Part shown: piece by piece, positions 1-7,879 of the stretch
How the letters are laid out: each line of letters starts with the position of its first letter
Position numbering within the stretch: the stretch's first letter is position 1
DNA from: Azolla caroliniana
Lineage: Eukaryota > Plantae > Polypodiophyta
Length of the DNA: 8,270 bases
Reading direction: 5' to 3'
Assembly (NCBI GenBank): GCA_043228905.1
Contig: JBHGNT010001451.1
Location: forward strand, 1-8,270
Notes under the pieces: model-generated
What the model was told of the DNA's origin: nothing
The model's database searches: none
The model's input: only the letters and a program-made list of their open reading frames with translations
Translations under genes and position numbers: made by a program

Positions 1-1
1 C

Positions 2-1394
2 AGCTCCCCTCGGATCCCCTTGACTATCTGCAATGCGCTGCAGGAAGAAGAAGGGAAGAAGCAACAGCGGGAGTACCTGCGTGCCGCGACTGTGTTGAAA
101 GTGGCGGGCGCGGCTGCCACGGTCGCCGCCCTCATCTTCACCCTCCCTATCCCTGGAGGGAAGACGTCGACGGCTACGAAGAATCTCGAGAGAACGAAGA
201 AGGAAGCTCCTACAGGTAAGAGAGAAGAAGTCGTTGAATTGATGCCCGTGGAAGAGAGGTTTGAGTGGGCTCGAGGTCTCCCTTTAATAGAGGAGAAGAT
301 TGCATATACTGAGGTTCTGGATTTGAATCAGCAGGGGAAGATCAAATACATCATAAAGCATCCCCATGCTTCTCTGAGGAAAAAACCACTGGTGGGTTTT
401 GTTGTCCTAGATGATGACAGAGTGGTGAGGACAATGTTCCCTCCATTAGATAGAGATGAGAGGTTTTGGAGCTCTTGGAAGGAGATGAAGCTTGAGCAGT
501 ATGTTATCAATGCTTTCACACCGCCTTTGCCTGTGCCTGAGGCCCCGTGGAAAGGGGTCGAAATACCATTCTGGAGCCAGGCACTGGCATCGAAAACCAA
601 AAAGATGGAACAACAACAGCAGCAGCAGAAGAAGAAACAGAAACCCGCAAAGGCACAAAAATCGAAAACTAACACTAGGTTAGAGGAGCTTCGAAAGGCG
701 AAGAATGAATTGGAGATGGAAAGACGGGCGCAAGAAGACGAATTGAAGAATCAGAAACTCATGCAAATACGGGCTGAAAGGGAGGAGAGGCTGCGAATCA
801 TGAGAGAGAAAGAATCGCAAGAGAAGATAAGGAAGGAGGCTGAAAGTAAGCAAATCCAGAGTGATAAGTTGTTGCAGCAGCAGCAAGCGGCTGAGTCGTG
901 GAATCAGTGGTGTACTACAGCCACTCGCAGCGAGGGCTTTAGGTTCGTCATGGGGATCTTCTTTTTCTGGCTGTTCTACCAGACCATAGTCCTTGGAGTG
1001 AAGAAGCAAAAGAAGGATTATGAGGATCGGGTGAAGATTGAGCAGGCTGAAGATGAGGAGAGAAAGAAAATGAGAGAATGGGAGGATGAGTTGGACATCT
1101 CAGAGGCGGCAACTGTGGTACAAGGATGGAAAAACGATGAACTTAGTGCAGAAGAAAAGAAAAAGAAGGAAGAAGAAGCACAGAATCCTCAACTCCAGAT
1201 GGGTTTGCGGTTCATGCGCTCGGGTGCTCGTGTTCGCCGAGCCAAAGGAAAGCGCCCGAAATATCTTGATCTTGGTGCTGATGTGAAATTCGAGGATGTG
1301 GCTGGCTTAGGTGATATAAGGAAGGAGCTGGAAGAGATTGTGGATTTCTTTACGTACAAGGAGAAATATATTAGGAAGGGTAGCAAGATTCCAT
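2..1394 (+). CDS. FTSHI2: FTSHI2 first visible exon (5'-partial): probable end of transit peptide, hydrophobic segment, charged coiled-coil region, TM helix, start of AAA domain
   Basis: Frame is open from base 2 ([12 protein letters not shown]...); the ORF-track start at 20 is TTG, not ATG. TM-like [19 protein letters not shown], then [23 protein letters not shown]. Donor GTAAGT at 1395 (phase 1). Confidence 0.9.
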
Positions 1395-3751
1395 GTAAGT
1401 TTGTTGTTAAAACTTTTGTCAGTTGATAGAAACCCTTAACGGTATTTGTGAAAGAGAGTGTTCCTTTTCTTATGTGGATTTATAAGGTTTGACTCTAGTT
1501 TCCATAATGATTGCTGGCCACTGGATTCCCAGCTATTGAAAAGCCAAGATCATTCCTATGCTTGAAGTTCAAAAGTAGTTTATTGTATCTTCTCACATGG
1601 TATGGTTTGGATATGGCAGCTGGCATCCTGCTTTGTGGAGAGCCTGGGACAGGGAAGACGTTGCTTGCAAAGGCAGTTGCTGGAGAAGCTGGGGTGAGCT
1701 TTTTCTCGATTTCTGCATCACAGTTCGTAGAGATCTATGTTGGAGTTGGTGCATCACGAGTCCGGGCTCTATATCAAGAAGCTAGAGAAAATGTAAAGCC
1801 AACTGTTCATGGGCCTTTTCTTTTGTTTGAATTGGGGGATTAGTTGAAGTCGTGCAAATAGTAATATCGTTTACTGTTTTGATCAGGCACCTGCAGTGGT
1901 TTTTATAGACGAGTTAGATGCCGTAGGTAGACAACGTGGCTTGATTGGTGGGTCAGGAGGACAGGAGAGAGATGCGACACTAAATCAGGTTAAGATTGTT
2001 GACTTCTCTGTTTTGGCTCAGTTAGTTAATTAACAGTGTTTCTGTCTGCTGCTTCTGCTGCTTAACAGTGTGCTTTCTCTATAGCTGATTTGTTTTCTGT
2101 ATATTCAGCTTCTAACATGCTTGGATGGATTTGAGGGTAAGGGTGATGTAATCACCATCGCAGCTACGAACAGGGTGGATATTCTTGACTCAGCACTTGT
2201 TAGACCTGGAAGATTTGATCGTAAAATATATATACCAAAGCCTGGATCTAAAGGCCGGGCAGATATACTGAGTGTATGTTCCCTCTCACCTAGAGTGAAC
2301 ACCTGCCCTTTTATTCGTAAGCAATTATGTATTTTTTCAATTCAATTTACTCTTCCTTGCTGTCATGTCCTTTGGCAGGTGCATGCACGGAATAAACCTA
2401 TGGCAGAGGATGTAGACTTTAATGCGGTTGCCGATGTAACAGACGGCATGGTTGGAGCTCAATTAGCAAACCTACTTGATGTTGCTGCATTGAATGTTCT
2501 CCGAGATGGAAGAACTGAGGTGCAGTTTCTTCTGCATGTTTTTTTTCGGAAAGTTAGAGTGTATTTGACTATGAATAAGTTGGTTTCTTATTACAGATAA
2601 CCACAGATGACTTACTAGATGCTGCCCAACTTGAGGAGGGAGGCCACCCTGATCCTCGCCCCCGTAGCGAGGAACTGTGGCGCAAGATGGCACTAAATGA
2701 GGCTTCTATGGCAGTTGCAGCGGCTAACTTTCCAGATTTTGACAGCATTCAGTTGGTATGATGCATTTTCTTATTTTTGGCACAGTTTGTCCTTTCAAAT
2801 TCTGCTCTTTGTTGAAAGTAATGAGGTTGCTTCTGTACAACAGCTGACTATAATCCCTAGGATGGGAGAAGACAAAGGTGCAGTTCGTGTTCAGATGGAC
2901 TACATAAAATTTGAAATGTCTGCTCTTAGGTACATGAGATTGTTACGAATGACTCACACATTGGACGCAGACAATATTGAAATAAAGCTTATATTAATAT
3001 GGATTTAATTGTCGAACAAAGCTGTACAAGCAACACAAATTTTGCAGTTTGGTTCTGAGTTTTGATCAAACTATTACAAATTCAATTCAAAGCCCATTTT
3101 GAGAACATCCTGACACGATGAAAATGTTCTTTAAAACATTTGGGTGATATACTTTGGTCTATGAGACAAGCATAGGCAATCAGGAAATCATAATATGAGC
3201 ACAAGTCCTGAAACTATTATTTTTTTGCATGTTCACTATTGTATTCACATCCGCACATTATTAGAGAATGTTCAATGAAATACAAAGAGAAGAGTTATGC
3301 TGAAAGTATTACTAGGCAAATATATTGTTAGGTTTCATTCACATGCATGTGTGATAGTAGTGGCTTTAAGATTAATCTTGACAATGTCCTTATTCTGTTT
3401 GCTTGTGCTATCTGTAGCCGTCAAGGTGTAATGGACTACATCACTCTTCAATTGGCACCACGTGCAGCTGATGAGATGTGGAATGGTTGTGATGAGGTTA
3501 GTGGTATGGTACTGGCAATGTTCTATACTGTCTGAATGCATACAAACCATATGAATTGCAGGTACGTTCTTTAACTTTTCAGCCATACTAATGCTGGATA
3601 TGTGGTATGCTGCAAGCAGATGTGTACAATATGGACAGATCATTATAATCGGGCTAGAAAAGTGGCACGATATTATGTATTTTGTGGACTGTCTGACCGC
3701 AAAGACATTTATGGCATGTTCCACTGCTGGTCAGAGATGGAGCGTTACTAT
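2..3751 (+). CDS. FTSHI2: Spliced gene, partial at both ends: chloroplast protease-inactive FtsH-like AAA+ ATPase (FtsHi2-like). Exons 2-1394, 1620-1792, 1887-1988, 2109-2273, 2379-2519, 2597-2755, 2844-2929, 3418-3496, 3620-3751
   Basis: Joining the exons at GT-AG sites gives one stop-free frame of 2430 nt (810 codons). It contains Walker A GEPGTGKT, pore loop YVG, Walker [28 protein letters not shown], and NEASM in place of HExxH. Motifs [27 protein letters not shown] and [10 protein letters not shown] match my recollection of Arabidopsis FtsHi2. Confidence 0.9.
611..628 (+). repeat. Coding CAA/CAG repeat (Q6); a second Q4 at 875-886
   Basis: CAA CAA CAG CAG CAG CAG in frame within exon 1. 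Confidence 0.85.
1620..1792 (+). CDS. FTSHI2: FTSHI2 exon 2 (Walker A, pore loop)
   Basis: Acceptor CAG ends at 1619; (S)[24 protein letters not shown]...YQEAREN; donor GTAAAG at 1793. Confidence 0.93.
1887..1988 (+). CDS. FTSHI2: FTSHI2 exon 3 (Walker B); absent from the ORF track
   Basis: Acceptor CAG ends at 1886; [34 protein letters not shown]; donor GTTAAG at 1989. Confidence 0.93.
2109..2273 (+). CDS. FTSHI2: FTSHI2 exon 4 (second region of homology, Arg finger)
   Basis: Acceptor TTCAG ends at 2108; [55 protein letters not shown]; donor GTATGT at 2274. Confidence 0.92.
2379..2519 (+). CDS. FTSHI2: FTSHI2 exon 5 (AAA lid)
   Basis: Acceptor GGCAG ends at 2378; [14 protein letters not shown]...[25 protein letters not shown]; donor GTGCAG at 2520. 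Confidence 0.92.
2597..2755 (+). CDS. FTSHI2: FTSHI2 exon 6 (degenerate M41 zinc motif); absent from the ORF track
   Basis: Acceptor TACAG ends at 2596; [53 protein letters not shown]; donor GTATGA at 2756. Confidence 0.92.
2844..2929 (+). CDS. FTSHI2: FTSHI2 exon 7
   Basis: Acceptor CAG ends at 2843; [28 protein letters not shown]; donor GTACAT at 2930 (phase 2). Confidence 0.9.
3418..3496 (+). CDS. FTSHI2: FTSHI2 exon 8
   Basis: Acceptor TGTAG ends at 3417 and the phase matches exon 7 (AG+C = Ser); [26 protein letters not shown]; donor GTTAGT at 3497. Confidence 0.9.
3620..3751 (+). CDS. FTSHI2: FTSHI2 exon 9 (last exon found)
   Basis: Acceptor CAG ends at 3619; [44 protein letters not shown]; strong donor GTGAGT at 3752. 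Confidence 0.85.
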
Positions 3752-4950
3752 GTGAGTTCTATTGTGCTAGATATTTATGTTTATCTCTTGTGAATTCAAG
3801 ATGTTTTTTGCTTCTCTATACAGTAGAGACATGTGATATATAATGTTTGCACATATACACATGTTTTTATATTTCCACACTGCATATGTATTGTAGATGG
3901 TAGTCTCTGATCAAGCCATCTCTAATGTGATATATGTTCACCTTGTTGGCTTTTGCATTTTGCACCCATATCAAAACTTGAAATTACAGTTGGACTATGT
4001 TGTGCAAGTGATAGCACAATCATTTGTGTAGCATACATAGTTTTGGTACATTGTGTAACTTGGACTACCTTCAAAATTTTCTCTCAACAGAATTTACAGA
4101 TAAGATGGAGGAAATTGATATGGTATTTTTGTGGCGCATGCATTGTATTGAAATTTCAAACATGATGGAAATAATATGAAGAATGGGAACTAGAATGAAA
4201 GCAAACTGGGGAGAGCATGTTTCAGTGGAGGGAAAAAATGAAAGCAGAATATATTTTTGTCCAAAAATAATGAATTTTTTTGTGTAAGAAAACTCCACGA
4301 TGAGCTGTATGAAAGCTTTGATGGGCCATCTTATTGAAGTTCCCACTGTGACCCAAACTGTAGATTTAGGCTGTTGTGTTAGCGCATTGCTCCAATGTCA
4401 AGAGCCATGGGAAATCCTGTGTTCTAACCAGTAACAAGAGACAAGAAGTTTAGTCATAGAGCTGTTGATGAGGGAATCAATGTATTGCCATCTGCTATAA
4501 GGAATATGTTTTACATGCAGTAAACATTTTGTTGTGGAATATGCCAAAATAAAACTAATCATATATCTTTCACTCTCTAGGGAAGCTGCTATGAAAATGT
4601 CCTTGCACGATGCAATTAGACATGTGCTCTTGATGCAACAAATTCGTTAATACCTTGCATCTCTTTCTCAGGGCAAGGTTTGAGTTTGTTGTCCTAGTCA
4701 TTGTGGTTGGAATCTGATTCCTGACACTTTTATGCATGCACCACTACTTTTTCTAGTGCAGAAAACCATGTAAACATGGAAGAAAACTTTATACATCTGT
4801 ACTTCATGGTCACAAGCACTGAATCGTGTAGCAATCATGAGCACATGTTGAAAATAAAAGAAACCATTGTCTCCTTTTTAATAGGCAGATGCTTGCAAAG
4901 TTCAGGATAAGATCCTATCCCATCCATTTTTTGTGGATCCCAAGTAATTG

Positions 4951-4954
4951 ATAT
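4951..4954. repeat. Target-site duplication ATAT (partner at 5934-5937)
   Basis: gATAT|TGTG...CACA|ATATt. The 5-bp flanks (GATAT and ATATT) do not match, so the duplication is 4 bp. Confidence 0.7.
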
Positions 4955-5137
4955 TGTGAAATGAACATAAGAGATCAAAACCAGCCTAGTTAGCTTCTTA
5001 CTTCTTACTCAATTTATAGTTGATACAAAGGTACCCATTTGGGTTGTCTTAGCTAAAAGGTGTGTGCTAAAAGGGTGGGTCGGCTTAGGTACATGCATCC
5101 CAAAAAGGGTGGCACAAAGGAACACATGCACACCACA
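4955..5137 (-). repeat. 3' LTR (183 bp)
   Basis: Aligns end to end with 5738-5933 with 7 substitutions and one 13-bp indel; TG...CA termini. Confidence 0.95.
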
Positions 5138-5147
5138 TTTCCCCCCT
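5138..5147 (-). other. Polypurine tract
   Basis: Minus strand AGGGGGGAAA directly abuts the TG of the 3' LTR. Confidence 0.88.
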
Positions 5148-5191
5148 GAGAGAAACAAGGAGGTTTACGACATGGGGGTCAGAAGATGGGC

Positions 5192-5551
5192 CTAAGGTGG
5201 ATAGAGCTTGATGTGGGCAACATGGGAGGAGGTGAATCGGTTGTTGGAATCGTGTTAGAGCAAGTACGTGGTGGATTTGATGGCACGAACTATGGTGCAT
5301 GAGCCGAATCCCTCGGTGCGTCTAGCGCTGCTATGCAACTTGTAGGTTTCGAGAGCTGGCTTGTCGAAGGAGGGGGAACATCTGTTGGAGATAGAGCTCC
5401 CAAGTGGCACTATCCATGTTGGCAGGGTTGGAATGGACGATTCTGGTGGGAGGCGAGGGTCACACCCATAGAGTGCTCGAAAAGGGCTGATTTGTGCGGC
5501 CATCTCTTGCTTGAGGGTCTTGTTGAGGCATTTGGTAAGGCCATTTGTCTA
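5192..5551 (-). pseudogene. Deleted Ty3/gypsy integrase C-terminal remnant
   Basis: One minus frame reads *TNGLTKCLNKTLKQEMAAQISPFRALYGCDPRLP...GSCTIVRAIKSTTYLL*HDSNNRFTSSHVAHIKLYPP*. This corresponds to the QTNGLxERxN, SPFxxLYG and GPY/F...HVxxLK motifs. It ends next to the PPT, the Ty3 domain order. Confidence 0.85.
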
Positions 5552-5716
5552 AAAGATCAATCGCTCTTGTGGACTGAGGGCCACCTGGACTTGGCTGAGG
5601 TGGGGGACAACAGGGTTATCCTGTAGGAGGGGGATCAGAGAAACTCGTGGCACAAAAAGTTAGTGGGCAACCTAAGGTGAGGGGGAAGAGGTGGATGCTT
5701 GGACGTGGGGGACTGG

Positions 5717-5734
5717 TACCCCGCTTCTCCACCA
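5717..5734 (-). other. Primer-binding site, probably for tRNA-Ala
   Basis: Minus strand reads TGGTGGAGAAGCGGGGTA, 3 nt after the 5' LTR. The plus strand TACCCCGCTTCTCCACCA matches 17/18 to the 3' end of plant cytosolic tRNA-Ala as I recall it (TACCCCGCATCTCCACCA). Confidence 0.82.
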
Positions 5735-5737
5735 ATA

Positions 5738-5933
5738 TGTGAAATGCACATAAGAGATCAAAACAAGCCTAGTTAGCTTCTTACTTCTTACTCAATTTAT
5801 AGTTGATACAAAGGTACCCATTTGGGTTGACTTAGCTAAAAGGGGTGTGCTAAAAGGGTGGGTCGGCTTAGGTACATGCATCCTAAAAAGGGTGTGCTAA
5901 AAGGGTGGCACAAAGGATCACATGGACACCACA
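5738..5933 (-). repeat. 5' LTR (196 bp)
   Basis: Direct repeat of 4955-5137 with one extra TGCTAAAAGGGTG unit; lies 3 nt from the PBS. Confidence 0.95.
5795..5801 (-). promoter_or_regulatory. Candidate LTR TATA box (second copy at 5012-5018)
   Basis: CTATAAAT on the minus strand, downstream of the U3 sub-repeats in both LTRs. Confidence 0.5.
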
Positions 5934-6225
5934 ATATTAACTCAAGATGATTAACCCTGTTAAAAGAAAGAAGAAAAAAAATATTAACATTTCTAAAAGA
6001 ACATAGTGGCCTATGAGACCCGACTAAGATTGCAACGGTTGTTAAATCATCAAGGTGAGGAATGAAAGAAAGAACGCAAAAAGGAAACATCTTCTTGTGC
6101 AAGATTCCTAACTAAATGGCTTGAAATATAATCATGAATAACTAAGAATTAGGTTTGGTGGTTGATAATCAGAAATGAAATTGCTGCTTTTTGAAGATAT
6201 CCATCGTGGGGTGATCCAAAATGGA

Positions 6226-6701
6226 GTATGCAAGTGAACCAAATATCCTAACATGGGATAGGTCCGGCTTCTTTCTATAGTACTTCTTGTGTGGAGTTAC
6301 ATCGTGCACTCTAGATGTTGTGCATCGATTCATGAGGTAGACGGTAGTATTTGCAGCTTCTGCCCAATATGACTTGGGCATATGCTTCTCGTTTGGCATG
6401 GCCCTAGCTACTTTGAGGATGTGCAGATTCTTGTGTTCTGTTGCGGTGTGTGTTGGCAAGTGAATTCTTGCCGAATTCCTTCTTGGTGAAGGTATGCCTT
6501 GAATGCATCAGAGAAGTATTCCTTTCCTCCGTCTGACCAAAGACATTGTAAATGGTGGCCGGTTGTCTTTTCGACTTCGCGTTTGAATTTTTGGAAGTGT
6601 GTAAACACATCGCTCTTTTGCCTCACGTGAAAGATCCATGTATGCCTAGAGAAGTCGTCGATGAAGGTAATATAGTACCGCCATCCGTCGAATGTGGCTG
6701 T
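6226..6701 (-). mobile_element. Ty1/copia integrase core fragment, frameshifted, no LTRs seen
   Basis: TATFDGWRYYITFIDDFSRHTWIFHVRQKSDVF...LWSDGGKEY...HTPQQN, then in a shifted frame EHKNLHILKVARAM...YWAEAANTTVYLMNR...KPDLSHVRIFGSLAY. These are hallmark copia rve motifs. Confidence 0.93.
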
Positions 6702-7666
6702 ACAAAGAGAGGAACTCCAATGCTGCGTGATGATGGCTAAGATCTTGTGAAGATATGAAAATTGGAGTCATTGTCCTGGTTGGTGATCTATCGAAAGAGA
6801 AATGGCTCTAGTTGTCGCAAATATACTTTGGCTGGGCGATTTGCTTGAACAGTTTGGGGAGTATCCCTAGCTAGAAGTATTTGTTTGGAAGAATTCTGTC
6901 AGCCTTCTTGGCTTAGGTGGATCCAACTGTTTGCCTCCTTATCTCAAGAATTGTCTAAGCATCTTTATGCATTCTAGTCTATGGAGAGGTCCAAATCCTT
7001 CTTTAAGAGACAGTGATATCTCCTCTCATCTCACAATTACACACATAATGCTCTGAAGATTCAACTTTGTGATTATAAACCTGGCAGTTGCAGTCCTTCA
7101 GAGCTATATTCGTATATTGTTCAATCCTGTCCTCATGTTATGCGATAGTGTTGTAGGAAAAAGGCTCATTAAGTGCACTTCAATAAGCATGTAAACTCAG
7201 ATGAGGGTGTGAAAGATCTTAAGTGGATTGAAGAACCTAACTCCCTGATGAAGGGCGCTTCATAAACCAAATGTCATATTGCAAACACTCCAACTGGCTG
7301 AGAATTCCCGGTAGTAGAACATCATGGTTCTATGAAACATTCATCAACACAGTCATGTTTGGGGTGACTTTAAATATGAATGCCAACACTCTTCATAATT
7401 GGGTTGCTAATTTAGACCAATCTTTTATGTGATCAGCTAGAGTATCTTAAAAGGGTTGGGCTGACAAGCATTGACTGCTTCATGGTGATGGGAACTAGGG
7501 TGTCTTGGCACCTTTCTTTTGCATAATAATGTATGCTTGCTGCGGACACCTCTGATGGTAAAAATCATGGATGTGACTATTGTAGACAACATTAGTCAAG
7601 GAAGTTGAGGCTTCTTCATGAGACCCCATTACTATGTCTTACGATTGAGAAATATGAGTTTCCAGC

Positions 7667-7689
7667 AAAGAAAGAAAGAAAGAAAGAAA
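7667..7689 (+). repeat. (AAAG)5 microsatellite; shorter related tract near 7725-7740
   Basis: Read directly from the sequence. Confidence 0.9.
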
Positions 7690-7802
7690 TATTAACGTCT
7701 TTTAAGAGGCCAAAATGAGAAGGAGAAAGAAAGAAAGAAGGCTCAAAAGAAGTATCTAAAAGATGACTTGTTCGGGTTCTTTTTGTCTTCTGAATTCGCT
7801 AG

Positions 7803-7814
7803 CTCTCTCTCTCT
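7803..7814 (+). repeat. (CT)6 microsatellite
   Basis: Read directly from the sequence. Confidence 0.85.
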
Positions 7815-7879
7815 CCCTATGTTAGGCTATCAAATGTCGGAAAGATGATGCCGTTATGGTTCTATTTTACATATATCGC

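Larger units (their letters stand above)
4955..5933 (-). mobile_element. 979-bp non-autonomous, TRIM-sized LTR retrotransposon derived from a Ty3/gypsy element
   Basis: Two direct repeats with TGTG...CACA ends, PBS and PPT in the correct positions for the - strand, ATAT on both flanks, and a 600-bp interior with integrase remnants. Confidence 0.93.

Noticed and set aside
20-22. ORF-track start codon for the 468-aa ORF
   Set aside because: It is TTG and the frame is open back to base 2. The true ATG is probably upstream of the window.
328-1386. Antisense and alternate-frame ORFs over exon 1, including the poly-Cys and poly-Leu ones
   Set aside because: Shadows of the purine-rich, CAG-repeat-containing coding strand.
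20-3793. Reading the FtsH ORF pieces as a fragmented pseudogene or an operon
   Set aside because: Every break coincides with a phase-compatible GT-AG intron and the spliced frame is intact.
4081-4180. Possible exon 10 (CAG acceptors at 4090 and 4099; EIDM resembles the expected xIDxEAL)
   Set aside because: Similarity stops after four residues, the AG before EIDM has no pyrimidine tract, and the CAG-led frames do not resemble FtsHi2.
4575-4650. Possible exon after CTCTCTAG (EAAMKMSLHDAIRHVLL)
   Set aside because: Phase 0 splicing from exon 9 gives GKLL followed by a stop, and the other frame shows no convincing homology.
5191-5679. Short 9-10 bp matches inside the element (CCTAAGGTG, GTGGGCAAC, GTGGCACAAA)
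   Set aside because: Too short and not collinear; cannot be separated from chance without family alignments.
5717-5734. tRNA gene or tRNA-derived SINE
   Set aside because: Only the last 18 nt including CCA match, there is no cloverleaf, and the position next to the LTR marks it as a PBS.
4955-5933. CRISPR-like array or simple segmental duplication
   Set aside because: Only two long copies with TG...CA ends plus PBS, PPT and TSD, which defines LTRs.
5085-6102. ORFs 5085-5300, 5333-5626 and 5836-6102
   Set aside because: Off-frame or antisense readings of LTR and integrase-remnant DNA with no recognisable motifs.
5960-7780. Weak resemblance between 5960-6095 and 7615-7760 (AAATATTAAC, ATGAGACCC, GAAAGAAAGAA)
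   Set aside because: Low-complexity blocks in a different order; not alignable as an LTR pair or repeat.
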